A stretch of 64,000 nt of DNA, from positions 10,972,338 through 11,036,337 of the forward strand of contig CM119271.1 of NCBI GenBank assembly GCA_051294375.1, in the 5' to 3' direction. The notes under the pieces were generated by a model. The model saw only the letters and a program-made list of their open reading frames with translations. It ran no database searches and was not told the origin of the DNA. Source of the stretch: Paraspadella gotoi. Its lineage: Eukaryota; Animalia; Chaetognatha. Position 1 is the stretch's first letter; each line of letters begins with the position of its first letter. This document shows positions 36,722-50,159 of this stretch, in pieces. The translations under genes and the position numbers were made by a program.

Positions 36722-38927
36722 AGATGAGAGAGAGAAGAGACGAGACCCTTGCACGGAAAATCATTGGTAATCATTTTCGTGGTAGTCTTTCATGTTTTTG
36801 GAGTTATTCTTTGACATAAGCTCTTCTACTGGGTCTCCTGTACTCGAACCTTTGCAGCTTGTCTGTATTTCGCCAGCATGCAACAGTAACCCTTAACTCT
36901 TTCCCCGTTGCTCGCACTCTCGCCCCGACACTGCACTGCTCCATTTTCCGCCTGCCCTTGCACCTCGGTCCCGCACCTATTTACACACCGCACCGTACCT
37001 TGGTTTCCGTACAATTTCACAACAACAATTTTAAAAAACATCTTTTTAAAGCTCGCACTGCATTGAGTCCAGCCTACACTTAACGCTCGCATGCACTGGG
37101 TCCCCGCACCTTTTCCACGCCCGCACCGCACATGGGCCCGCACCATTCACGCCCCCGCACTGCACCTCGTTCTCACCTTTTTTTTCACTTCGCGCATTTC
37201 TGAATAATATTTTTTTTTCAGCTCGAATTTTTTTTTTCTTTTGTTCTCTTCGCGTTTGTTTTTTTGCGGCGGAAGATTGGAAGAAGGAGAAGGGAGGCAG
37301 AAGGGAGCAGAAGGGAAGGGAGGCAGGGAGGAAGGGGGGAAGGAGAGGAGGTGGCTTAAAGGTGGGAGGAGTTTAGAGAAGAGCAGGTTGGGGGGCGTTG
37401 GTAGGTTTAGTATGCGCGTTGGAAGACAAATTCGTGCGGACATCGAAAGGATCGAGATGAAGAACAACAACAACATCCCAGTTGCGACGGTCGGGGTCGG
37501 TCATGGTATGTCTGTGCCGTCGGCCTATCCACTTACGTTAAAATGCCTATAATATTGCCTATATGTTGGTTTGTTTCTTTGTTAAGACAGAACAAATCCA
37601 TCAAATCTGGTGAGAAAGAGGTGGAACTCTAGTCGGAATGAACCGAAAGGAGAAACAAAAAAAAAGGTGACAGAAGGAAGGAACCGAGTTTATGGAACCA
37701 GACAAAAAGGAAACCATCGGTCCAGACCGATTTTTTCGCCCCCTTTTTCTCAGATTTTGATTTTTTCCATATTTTTTTTTCTGGGGGCAGAAGGAAGGAA
37801 AAGAGGAAGAGGAGGAGGAGGAGAGGAAGCAGGAGAGGAGGAAGGAGGAGAAGAGGAGGAGCAGAAGGAGGAGGAGGTGACAGAGAAAAAGGAAGGAGAG
37901 ATAGGGAAGAACAGATGAAGGTGAAGGAGGAGCAGAAGGAGGAAGAGGAGAGGAGGAGAGGAGGAGGGGAGGCGAAGAGCAGGAGAGAGTAAGAGGAGGT
38001 GAAAAAAAGCATAAAGGAAGAGGAGTAAGAGGAAAAGGAGGAAGAAAGAGGAGGAGAAAGAGGAAGGGAGGAAGAAGAGAGTAGGAGTAAGAGGAAAAGA
38101 GGAGGAGGAGAAGTAAGAGGAGGTTGAAGAGGAGCAAAAAGGAGGAGAGGAAGAGGAAAAAAGAGGAGTAAAAAAAGGTCGCGCATGCGAATGATTCCTC
38201 CCTTTGGTTTCCTTAGTTTTTTTTCTTTTTTCCCTTTTTTTTTATTTTTTTTTTATTTTTCTATTTTAATTTTTTTTCTTTTTTTTACGTTCACAATTTC
38301 CCCTTTTTACTGTTGCCTCGAAGTTTGAAATGCTTTTGACTACGAAGCTTTGTTTTGTTGTTTTATACTTTTTTGTTTACGTAACTTTTTAAGATTATTT
38401 TCTGTACGTAATGTTATTTCGTGCCACTTGAATTAGAAATTACTTTCTTTCTTTCGAACGTGACTTTTTCTTTCTTTTTTTTTGGCCTTCTTCACTTGTT
38501 CATCAGTCATACTCATTCATTCATTCATTTCTTCATCTTTTATTCATTCTTTTTTAATTCATCTTTATTCATTCATTCATTTTTTTTTTCATTTTTTCAA
38601 TCATTTCTTCATTCCATCTTTTGATTATTTTTTTATTCATCATTTCTTCATTCCCTCATTACATTTCTTTATTCATTCCATATTTTCTCTCTCCTTCTCT
38701 CTCTCTCTCCCCACCTCTCTCTTTCTCTCTCGCCGCCTCTCTCTCTCTCCGCCCCCCCCCCCGCCGCCTCTCTTCATACTCAAGCGCGCCACGCATTTTC
38801 CGCCATCCTAACTCCCCTCTCCCTCTCTCTCTCACTCTTTGCTTCCCCCGCTCCCCTCTCTCTCTCCTTCTCTCTCTCTTTCTCCCCGCCTCTCCTCTCT
38901 CTCTCTCTCTCTCTCTTCTCTAGTCTC

Positions 38928-38959
<32 letters not shown>

Positions 38960-39436
38960 CCCCGCTCTCCTCTCTCTTTCCTCTCCCCGCCATCTCTTTC
39001 TCTCCCCCCTGCCTCTCATCTCTATCTCTCTCTTCTCTCTCTCTCTCTCTCTCTCTTTTCCCCGCTTCCTACTCGCCCTCCCCTCTCCTCTCTTCAACTC
39101 TTTCTTCCCCGCTTCCCCCTTCCCTCTCTCCTTTCTCTCTCTCTTTCTTCCCCCCGCCTCTCCTCCTCTCTCTCTCTTCTCTCTCTCTCTCCCCGCCACT
39201 CCTCTCTCTTTCTTCTCTCCCCGGCCTCTCTTTCTCTCCCGCCCTGCCTCTTCTCCTATCTCTCTTCTCTCTCCTCTCTCTCTCTCTCTTTTCCCGCCTC
39301 CCCCTCCCTCTCTCTCTCTCTATCTCTCTCTCTCGGACATGTCTCTCTCTCTCTCCTCTCTCTCTCTCTTCTCTCTTCTCTCTCCCTCTCCCTCTCCACC
39401 TCTCCCATCGTCTTTCTCGAAGCAAAGCGCGCGGGA
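33155..39436. repeat. Large inverted duplication (arms ~33155-36625 and ~36801-39436, ~175-bp spacer)
   Basis: CGCGCTTTGCTTCGAGAAAG vs CTTTCTCGAAGCAAAGCGCG at the outer ends; GAGCTTATGTCAAAGAATAACTC vs GAGTTATTCTTTGACATAAGCTC at the inner ends; colinear in between. Confidence 0.93.
33570..34629 (+). repeat. Head-to-tail array of about 2.7 copies of a ~395-bp unit (SINE/retrozyme-like)
   Basis: Anchor ATAGCAAAGTTCACCCGCCTCTAAGC recurs near 33582, 33974 and 34372; GCCCACTTAGCGCCTTATC recurs near 33823, 34225 and 34606; high complexity and balanced GC, unlike the flanks. Confidence 0.92.
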
Positions 39437-39681
39437 NNNNNNNNNNNNNNNNNNNNNNNNNAAATTTCGGCGCCGACGGGTCTCGTCCTTCGAGATTGAA
39501 CGCGGACAAAGACCCGATGATGCTGACAAGTTGCGACAGATGCCGACAAATGCCGACAAATGCCGACTGGTAGCGATTTGAAGGAGAAAGTTAAAAATAT
39601 AATGGGTATCACCTAGAAAGGAGGCTTTTGTTATTAAGATCTATACTTAGCCGGCGATGTTTATCGGACGGCTAAAGGAAC

Positions 39682-39684
<3 letters not shown>

Positions 39685-39750
<66 letters not shown>
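39685..39750 (+). repeat. (AATC)n microsatellite
   Basis: Perfect tetranucleotide run. Confidence 0.95.
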
Positions 39751-40324
39751 GAGAGAGAAAGAGAGACTGTGAGATGAGGGAGAGATAGTTTTTATTTCCC
39801 AGATGACAGACAGACAACAATAAAAACAAAAAACAACATCGACGAAAACTACAACGACAACAACAACAACAACAACAGCCTTCGACGATGTTGACTCTTT
39901 CTTACGACGTCGATACGAATTTGGATGACGACCACAACATCAGCCTCGATTTCCTCTCTTTCTCTGCTCATGATGGAGAAGACTTTATTGGTGTTGGAGA
40001 AGACGTGAGTGGTGATGGAGATGACGTTAATTGTGATGGAGAACACGTTGTTGGTGATTGCGAATTTGTTGATGGTGAGTGGACGTTATTATATTATGAT
40101 GGAGAAGACTCTGTTATTGATGGAGAAGACGTTTATATGATGAAGAAGACGTTGACGATGATAAAAAAAGTGATGGAGAAAATTTTGATGGTTAATGCTC
40201 TGACTGTCTGTCCGTCCCTCCGTTTGTTTCTCTAACCGTCATTCAATAGTGATCCCATAACAGCTGTTTGGGACTAACTGCCCTTTGTATTTCCCTCAAT
40301 CTCAGAGTCCGACTTTTATCGATA

Positions 40325-40361
<37 letters not shown>

Positions 40362-40578
40362 NNNNNNNNNNNNNNNNNNNNNNNNNCTCTCTTCTCTCTC
40401 TTCTCTCTCTCTCTCTTCGTCCAGCATCAGATGTTATTTGATGATCTTTGGATTAAAGAGGCTTCGAAATAGAAAAACGATTTCCTTCGGCGAGTTTGTT
40501 TAAGATCAACTTCCGCCCGCCTATCACTCCCCACCCCCACCCCTCTCGATCGCACCGCCACCGCCTCCTACCCACACT

Positions 40579-41610
40579 TAGAGCGTTCAAGATAACACAA
40601 ATATAAGATATTTAATTCTTCATTGCATTATGTTTTAATGTATAAGGTCTGAAGAATTCGATGATGATAACCATTTTTGGTTATTAGTTTCATCTTCCCT
40701 TGTCGCCAATTGGGCGATTTTTTGATAGCGCATATAAGGTGCTATTAAAATGGCGTAATCCATGTAGAGTATTGAGAAACCTAAAATTATTAAATAATTT
40801 TATAAAAGTATATTTAGCTTAGTATATATAAAAATAAGACATAAAAATATTTCTGGTAAGTCTTATTTTACTAAATTTTTATATTTTGATTACAGCTTGG
40901 TTAGCTATATTTATGATAATTAGTATGTTAAAATAAGCTAAAGTGAAAAATAAATTATTTGAATTTTTAAAAAGCCAGATTTGACATTCCTTGCAAAAAG
41001 TTGATATAAGAAAGTAAAATCATTTTAACAAATTCCCTTTCATTAATTTGTTAAAAAATGCTTAAAAACTATGGATTTTTTGATTGTATTTAACCAGTTT
41101 TTGGTTTAAAATTATTCTTTTTTTAAATTTTGACTAAACTTAATATGCCATAATTTTTTAATTAAAATATATATTTCTTTATATCAACTTTTGCAGGAAT
41201 TGCGATATCTGGGATAAAAAATTCTTAAATTTTATTTTTTTAACTTTGGCCTAATTTTTTATTTATAATTATTTAATAAATATGCTAAACTTACTTTAAT
41301 AAAACATTAAAATTTGAGGAAATAATTTATCAAAATATTTTTATTAGCGTCTTATTTTATATTTTAAAAGCTCATGTAAATTTTAAAAAACAAATTAATT
41401 AATTTGATTTATCATAACTTATATATTTGCCATATTTTATTAACATTTTATATACATTAAAAATCGGTTCATTTCCGACGAAAGAAGATGAAATTTATAC
41501 AAAAAAATGGTCATCACCATCGAATTCTTCAGACCTGTATGTACAGGTTAAAATAATATAGAATGAGAATTTAATATCTTGTAATATTTTGTTTATATTT
41601 GAACGCTCTA
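40579..41610. mobile_element. Non-autonomous hAT-type foldback element, copy 1
   Basis: Termini TAGAGCGTTCAA / TTGAACGCTCTA; imperfect inverted arms of about 450 bp; flanked by ACCCACAC on both sides (one extra T on the left). Confidence 0.85.
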
Positions 41611-44600
41611 ACCCACACGTTTGCCCACGCTACACCCGTCACCGAGGCCAAACCTGACCGCTGTCAACCCTACAGTATACATACATTGTATGGCATACCG
41701 CTATGGCATTACAGTCACCCACCACGCAGCGAAAAACTATTTCTTAGTCTTAGGTTTTTGAAATTTCCCAAAGAATTTTGGGAAATAATATATATATGTT
41801 ATTTCATATACCCGTATGCTATAGTGTGAACGAGCCGCGTTAGCAAATAGTTTGCGATATGGCCGGCGAACGCGCCAAGTGGGCATTGTGCGTTAACGTA
41901 GGACACTGCTCAAGATTTTTTAATTTCTGGATATATAATCGCTTTAATGATTATAAATTATAAATTACCCCACAAACATTTACTTTTTCAAGCAAACCAA
42001 ACTGCGGCACTATTTTCTTAAAAAGCGCCCAATTTTTGTTCTAGCCCTGAACATACATTATTTTAACTCTAATAACTAAATCATAATGTTTTAAATTTGG
42101 AATGTAGTTAAAGGTATTGAGTTAATGATTAGGTCGGGGTAAGGTTAGTGATTAAGGTTAATAGATTAAGCTCGTAAGTGTTTGAAAAGTCAGAAAAGTT
42201 TATAAAAAATTGTTAATAGACTAATAGTTTTAATGTTTTTTTACTTTTTATTTTTTGGGGAAAGAAATTTGGAAACAGACGAACCGAAAAACTTTTTTTC
42301 TTCTCGTTTCGCATTTCTAAAAAAAAAAGAGAAGATTTTGCACTCGCGCGCGATCGCGCGTAGTCGCGCGCATCGCAGAGAATCCCGTCTCCTTTGCCTC
42401 TCTTCTCTCGTCGTGTCGCCTCTCTTTTCTTTTTCTTTTTATTTTATTGCTCCTCTCCTCCGTGGACCCTGAGAGAATGAGGGAAATTGGTTTTTGAAAA
42501 AAGTCTCCTCTTCCTCTTCCCCCTCCCTTACTTACCCCATAACCCTTTTATCCCCTCCACCGCCCGCCCCGTTTATGTGGCCCATCCCTTCGGCCCAGTC
42601 TAGTGCTCTCTCTCTCTTTCTCTCTCTCCTCTGCTTTGATTATTCTCTTTTCCCTACACTCACGATTCATATTTTCCTACTTTCGAGTAACTTTATTACT
42701 TTTTCTATAATTATAACATTTTTTTTTAAATATAAGTCATTTTTTTTACTAAATTCCCTTTTTTGATTTTCGTTTTTTTTTTCAATTTTTTGTTTTGATT
42801 TGTTCGTTGTTTATTTTAAGGGGTGTTGACGTTTGGCGCTACTTAAAACGACACACTTTAATTGATTTTTCCCCAGTAGCGAATCACGACAGAGTAAACA
42901 CTAAACTATTTATAAAAAAATAAAACTTGTCTTTTTTTGTTTGTGTAAATGTTAAAGTTTCATTTTTATTAACTTTTCCTTCATATTGAAAAAAAAGTTA
43001 TCATATTGTCCAATGCTAAAATGACTTAATAAAAAAACGCACCGGGTATTAATCATCAATGGAGCGTAATACACATTGAACGACTAACTATAGTCTTTAA
43101 TTCTAGGAATTCGATTAAAAAAAAAAATGGGAGCAACAAAATAATAAGCATGAAATTATACGACATTTAATAAAGTGGTAAAAAATAAAAATAATAAAAT
43201 TAAAAAAGACTTCAGAAAATGTTGCTGTTGGCATGTCTATTTAAAGAACCGAATTTTAATTCAATCACTCTCGGTTTTCTCTTTGACCAAAAAGTCAAAT
43301 AAAGAGTTTTTTTTTCCTTTTCAGACCTTAAAAAAGTGAAATAAAAGGGTCTTTCTGGCTTGACACCATAATTCGTTAGGATCCGCCATAAATTCATATG
43401 GAGAGCGGAGTTGGATTTATTCATAAAGTGAGACGGAGAGTGAGATGAGAGAGAGAAGAGATTCTTCCTTTTGGCCTTCCTCTCAATAAATATTTAATAG
43501 TCGCGTTTATCTCTATTTCTCGCGTCTCTCTTTCATGATAAAGAAAAATATGTTGATTTTTTGTTTGTTTCGTCTTTTCTCGATCTGTTTCTTTTATTTT
43601 CGACTTTTTAACTTTGGAGCGCTTCGTTCCTGTTTTTTCTCAATGACGCGTTTCTTCCAAAGAGAGAGAACGCTGTTTCTAGGAGTTGTTTTCTTGCGCG
43701 TTTTAAATTTGGAGAAAGTATTATGAAAACTGCTATTATAATTACAAATAGAAAAAATCAATTAAAAATAAATTAACAAATTAAAATAATAATAAAAAAC
43801 ATCAAAGAAAATCCCAAAGCTTGTTGTCCTCAAATTTAATTTTCATTTGTAAGTATTTTTGGGAAAAAAGTTTTACCAATTTTAAGAAATGTATTCACAA
43901 TGTTTCAAAAACTTCTTAAATCATATTGTTTGCTTTGCCTCTGCTTCAAGACTTATTTTACAAGAATTTCGACGATTCGAGGTGTCAAAAGTGTTTATTT
44001 ATCGATAGTTTAAAACAGTACGAGGTTGTAAAAGCGATTTCAAATGTTGTAAACAATCCAAATAAACAATAAAATTTCGGTTAAAATGTAAAACCGTTTC
44101 GACGGTCGTTAATCCTTCGAGGGCAACCAAGAATTTAACAAAAATATCATCAAACGTTATCTAATAAAGCCAGATTGCCTCGGCCAACCCTTTTTCCCTT
44201 TCTTCAATTATCGTTGTCGCGATTCCCGATCAGCGAATTTAGGAAACTGAACCAAAGATATATTTTATTTCCCATCGTCGGGACGTTGAGCGTTTCCCCC
44301 TCGGCGAACGCTCGCCACCCGCCGATACATCATTTTTCAACTATCTTCAATCAAAAATTTTATCCTCTTTCTGTCAAATGTTCTTTATATTTCAGGAAAA
44401 AAATATTTTCTTATTTCTATGAATTATTTTCTCTTTCTTCTACAAACCTTTTTTGTCAAATATTTTTTTCTCGTCCACTCGATACGCGGAACAAGTTTTC
44501 TTTTCCTTTTTCGCTTTCGTCGCTTTTTCGTTCCTTCTGTATTTAACTTTTCTCATTTCTATTTTTCTCTCTTTTCTTTCCGACTCTTTGTATTTGTTGT

Positions 44601-44768
44601 TTTCTGTTCCTCTTCTTTTATGTCAGTTTTCTTCTTGTTTCTGTTGTTTTTTCCCCTTTTTATTCTCCAGTTTTTTTAGTTTTCTGTTTTATTGTTCTGA
44701 CTTTCTTTGTCTTTTGCCTGCCGGATTCACATCATATTCCTCCACGATTCTCACTTTCTCGTTCTTTA

Positions 44769-44842
<74 letters not shown>

Positions 44843-46725
44843 ACGGATTCCTTCGTTCGTGTTGGATTTTTATCCTTTCCTATTTTCTCTTCTCATTCCT
44901 TTCTCTTTCCTTCCGGACACTTTCCTTCTCTCTCTCTCTCTCTCTCTATTCCCACTTGCGTCAAATTCCTTCTCCATCTCCCTCCACCTCCCCTTTATCC
45001 ACCCCCTTCCATCCGCCCGACTCCCCTCTTCATCACCCCCCCCGCCCCCCCTTCCTACCCCTATGCGCACGCCTGACCCATTAAATCCCGATCGCCTAAG
45101 GCGACATTCGAGCCTAGGCAGACAGATGGCGAAAAAGACAGACTCAAATACCCAATTTCTTTACTATCTTTTCTCTATCTCTGCTCTCTCTCTCTCTGCC
45201 CTCGTTTTGCGCTTTGCGTTTCGTCTCTCTCTCTCTTCTCCATCTCTCTCTCTCTCTCTCTCGCTCTCTCTCTCTCTCCTCTGCTCTCGTCTCTCTCTCT
45301 TCTCTCTCTCCGGTGATTTTTGCTGTTTGTCGCCGGCGTTTCGGTTCTCTCTTTCTCCCGTCATCTCTCTTCATTCTCTCCTCTCTTTCTCTCTACTCTC
45401 TCTTCCTCGTCTCTCTCTCTAACCGACTTTTAACTTGGTCCTTTTTTTCGCTTCCGCATCAAACCTTTTTTCTTTCTTTGTCTCCAGTCGCACAGCCACT
45501 TTTGCCAGTTCTCCAACCTTTTTTGTATCCTATTCTTCTTTTGCCAGCTCCTTTCTGACTTCGCCGTTCCGATCCCGCCCTTTGCCAGTCCCCTTCTTTT
45601 GTTTTGCAGTATCCCATCTTTCTTTTGCCACTTTCCATCTGTCAGTTGCCAACGCTTTTCTTTGCCCAGTTCCCTCTTCTCTCTTCCGCAGTCCCCGACG
45701 CTCTTTTAAACCCTTCCCATTATCCCTTTCTAAAAAAAACGGTTGAGTCTTCGGTCGACTACGAATGGGGAAACAAGGTTATGTTTTTTCTTGTTTTTTT
45801 TACAAGAAAAAAGAAAAGAAAGAGTCCTAAAAAGTGAGTCTAAAAATTACCTTAAGTTACTAATACGATTATAATTAAGGTTCTTATATATTGTTTGTCA
45901 TAACATCGTTTAAACTTACTTTCTCTAAATTGTTCTCATTAAATTTATATTTATTTTTGATGCCAACCTATTGCAGTTGTTACAATTATTGTTTTTTTTT
46001 CATTCGACAACTTTATAATATTATATATAGTATGTTACCGCTAAACTTTTCTCAGCTTCAAGGTCTGCTTAGTGTTTCCGTGCCTCTCTTAAAAGATACT
46101 TTAGAAGTGCAGATGTTTACAAGTTCAAAATGGAGAAAATTAAAAGTTTTAAAGTTAAACTTTCTAAACGGCCAAATGACAGTATATTTTAGCCTGTGAT
46201 TCTCAAAGTTCACTGTTAATCGAAAGATTGCCAAACGGAGTCGAAAAAACTTAAGGTCCTCACCCAAGAGTAAGCGACGGTCCCCTCGCTTTAAACAGCT
46301 TTCTCCCTTCTGGCTCTCTCTCCGACTATGAAATAAAAATTCTTTTCGGAAAAAAAAGTGTGATAACTTTCTTAAATCTCTGAAAATAGAATTACCTTTC
46401 GAAAACTTACACGAGCTCACTCTCTGTTCTGACAATCGAAGCGCAGCTCAAAAGTGGCCATCAAAAACAACCAAATCAACAGATCAGAAAAAAAAAAATC
46501 AAAAACGTCGAGAGCAAACCCGCGGCTTTCCGAAGCTGATACAAAATTCATGGCATAAAACGATTCACGCTTGCCAATCAAACCAATCAACTCTATTTCG
46601 CCAATCACGACCAATCGAACCAATCACTTAATAGACTTATCATCCTTCGCTCGTTGAAACGCGAATAAATGTTCCTTTTCCCCTTTGGCTCAAAAGATTC
46701 TTTTTTATTTACCCCGCTCCTATCT

Positions 46726-46792
<67 letters not shown>

Positions 46793-46884
46793 CTCTCTCT
46801 CTGCCTCTCATTTTCTCCGTCTATTTTCCCTTTCGTGCTCTCTCTCTCTTTTTCCTGGCTTCCCTTCACACTCTTTCTCTTTCG

Positions 46885-46925
<41 letters not shown>

Positions 46926-47359
46926 CTCTACATCTGCTCTCTCTGCTCTTCCTCTTCTTGTTTCTCGCCACAGTCTGCCCTTACGGTTTTTCCCCTTTCT
47001 CTTTCTCTTTTGCTTTAGCTTTTTCCCTTTTTTTCTTTCAAAAAAAAAAAATTCTTTTATTCTCCACCGCGCCCCTATCGGTTCCCACCGCGCCAGCCTT
47101 ACCCGTGCCAAGGCAATCACACACACACACGCCCACATGTCTCCCCACCCTTACCCTCCTCCCTCCTCTCTCTACCTTTCCTCCTCAGACCCCCATCTCC
47201 TCTGTCCAGCATCAGATGTATTTGATGTCTTTGGATATAAGAGGCTTCGAAATAGAAAAACGATTTCCTCGGCGAGTTTCGTTTATGATCAACTTCCGGC
47301 CCGCCTATCACTCCCCACCCCACCCCTTCTCGATCGCACCCCACCGCTCCTACCCACAC

Positions 47360-48387
47360 TAGAGCGTTCAAGCATAACAAAAATAAGATATTTAATTTTC
47401 ATTCAATTATGTTTTAATGTAATTAAGGTCTGAAGAATTGATGATGATAACCATTTTTGGTATAGTTTCATCTTCCTTGTCGCCAATGGGCGATTTTTGA
47501 AGCGCATATAAGGTGCTATTAAAATGGCAGTATCCATTGTAGAGTAATTGAGACAACCTAAAATTATTAAAATTTTATAAAATGTCATATTTAGCTTATA
47601 TAATATCAAAAATAAAAGACCATGAAAATATTTCAGTAAGCTTTAATTTATTAAATTTTATATTTTATTTACAGCTTGGTTAGCTATATTTTATGAAATA
47701 ATTAGTAGTTAAAAATAGGTGTAAAGTGAAAAAAATAAATATTTTTGAATTTTAAAAAGCCAGATTTGAATTCCTTGCAAAAAAGTTGATATAAGAAAGT
47801 AAAATCTTATTTAACAAATTCCTTTCATTAATTTGGGTTAAAAAATGCTTAAAAACTATGGATTTTTTGTTTAATTTTAACATTTGGTTTAAAATTATTC
47901 TTTTTTTAAATTTTTGACTAACCTTAAATTGCCATAATTTTTTAATATAAAATTATATTTCTTATATTCAACTTTTTGCAAGGAATTGCGCATTCTGGAT
48001 AAAAAATTCTTAAATATTATTTTTTTAACTTTGGCCTAATTTTTTATTTATAAATTATTTAATAAATATAGCTAAACTTACTTTTAATAAAACATTAAAA
48101 TTGCAGGAAATAATTTATCAAAATATTATTTATAGTCTTTATTTTATATTTTAAAAGGCTCATGTAAATTTAAAAACAAATTAAATTAATTTATTATCAT
48201 AACTTATAATATTGCCATATTTTTATTAACATTTGTATATACATTAAAAATCGTCAATTTTCCGACAAGAAGATGAAATTTATACAAAAAATGGTCATCA
48301 CCATCGAATTCTTCAGACCTTATTACAGCGTTAAAATAATTAGAATAGAATTTAATATCTTATATTTTGTTATATTTGAACGCTCTA
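47360..48387. mobile_element. Non-autonomous hAT-type foldback element, copy 2
   Basis: Exact 8-bp TSD ACCCACAC (47352-47359 and 48388-48395), TAG...CTA termini, long inverted arms, no ORF. Confidence 0.87.
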
Positions 48388-49338
48388 ACCCACACGTTTG
48401 CCCACGTACACCCGTCACCGAGGCCAAACCTGATCCGCTGTCAACCCTACAGTATACCATACATTGTATGGCATACCGTATGGCATACAGTCACCCACCA
48501 CCGAGCAAAAAACTATTTCTTAGTCTAGCGTTTTGAAATTTTCCAAAGAATTGGGAAATAATATATATATATGTTTTCATACCCGTATGTATAGGTGACG
48601 AGCCCGGTTAGCAATAGTTGCGATTGGCCGGCGAACGCGCCAGTGGCATTGTGCGTTAACGTAAGACAACGCTCAAGATTTTTTAATTTCTGATATATAA
48701 TCGCTTTAATGATTATAAATTATAAATTACACAAACATTTACTTTTTCAAGCAAACCAAACTGGGCACTATTTTCTAAAAAGCGCCCAATTTCTGTTTCT
48801 AAGCCCTGAACATAATTTTAACTCTAATAACTAATCATAATGTTTTTAAATTTTGGAATTAAGTTAAAGGTATTGAGTTAATGATTAGGTCGGGGTAAGG
48901 TTAGTGATTAAGGTTAATAGATTAAGTTCGTTAAGTTTGAAAAGTCAGAAAAGTTATAAAAAATTGTTAATAGACTAATAGTTTAATTTTTTTTACTTTT
49001 ATTTTTGGGGAAAGAATTTGGAAACAACGAACCGAAAAAACTTTTTTTCTTCTCGTTCGCATTTTTGAAAAAAAAAGAAGAAGATTTTGCACTCGCGCGC
49101 ATCCGCGCGTAGTCGCGCGCATCCAAGAGAATCCCGTCTCCCTTCCTCTCTCTCTCTCGTGTCGCCTCTTCTTCTTTTTCTTTTATTTTATTGCTCCTCT
49201 CTCCCGTTGACCCTGAAATGAGGAAATTGGTTTTTGAAAAAGTCTCCTCTTCCTCTTCCCCCTCCCCTTACCCCATAACCCTTTTATCCTCCTCACCGCC
49301 GCCCCTTTATGTGCCCATTCCCTTCGGCCCGTTCCTAG

Positions 49339-49369
<31 letters not shown>

Positions 49370-50123
49370 TTGATTATCTCTTTTTCCCTACACTCACGAT
49401 CATATTTCCTACTTTCGAGTAACTTTATTACTTTTTTCTATACATTATAAACATTTTTTTTTAAATATAAGTCATTTTTTTTACTTAAATTCCTTTTTGA
49501 TTTTCGTTTTTTTTTTCAATTTTTGTTTTGATTTGTTCGTTTGTTTATTTTAAGGGTGGTTTGACGTTTGGGCTACTTAAAACGACACTTTAATTGATTT
49601 TTCCCCAGAGCGAATCACGACAGAGTAAACACTAAACTATTTATAAAAAAAAAACTTGTCTTTTTTTGTTTGTTAAATGTTAAGTTTCATTTTTTTAAAC
49701 TTTTCCTCATTTGAAAAAAAATTATCATATTGTCCAATGCTAAAATTGACTTAATAAAAAACGCACGGTATAATCATCAATGAGCGTAATACAACATGAA
49801 CGACATAACATATTTTAATTCAGGAATTCGATTAAAAAAAAAATGGAGCAACAAAATAATTAAGATGAAATTATACGACATTTAATAAGGTAAAAATAAA
49901 ATAATAAAATAAAAAGACTTCAGAAAATGTGCTTTGGCATGTCTATTTAAAAGAACCGAATTTTAATCAACACTCTCGTTTTCTCTTTGACAAAAAGTCA
50001 AAAAGAAAGTTTTTTTTTTCCTTTTCAGACTTAAAAAGTGAAAAAAGGTCTTTCTGGCTTGACACCATAATCGTTAGGATCCGCCATAAAGTTATGGAGA
50101 GGGAGTGGAGATTCATAAAGTGA

Positions 50124-50159
<36 letters not shown>

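Noticed and set aside
39888-40235. Acidic DGED-repeat ORF
   Set aside because: Explained by a degenerate ~21-bp GATGGAGAAGAC-type tandem repeat with no splice or homology support.
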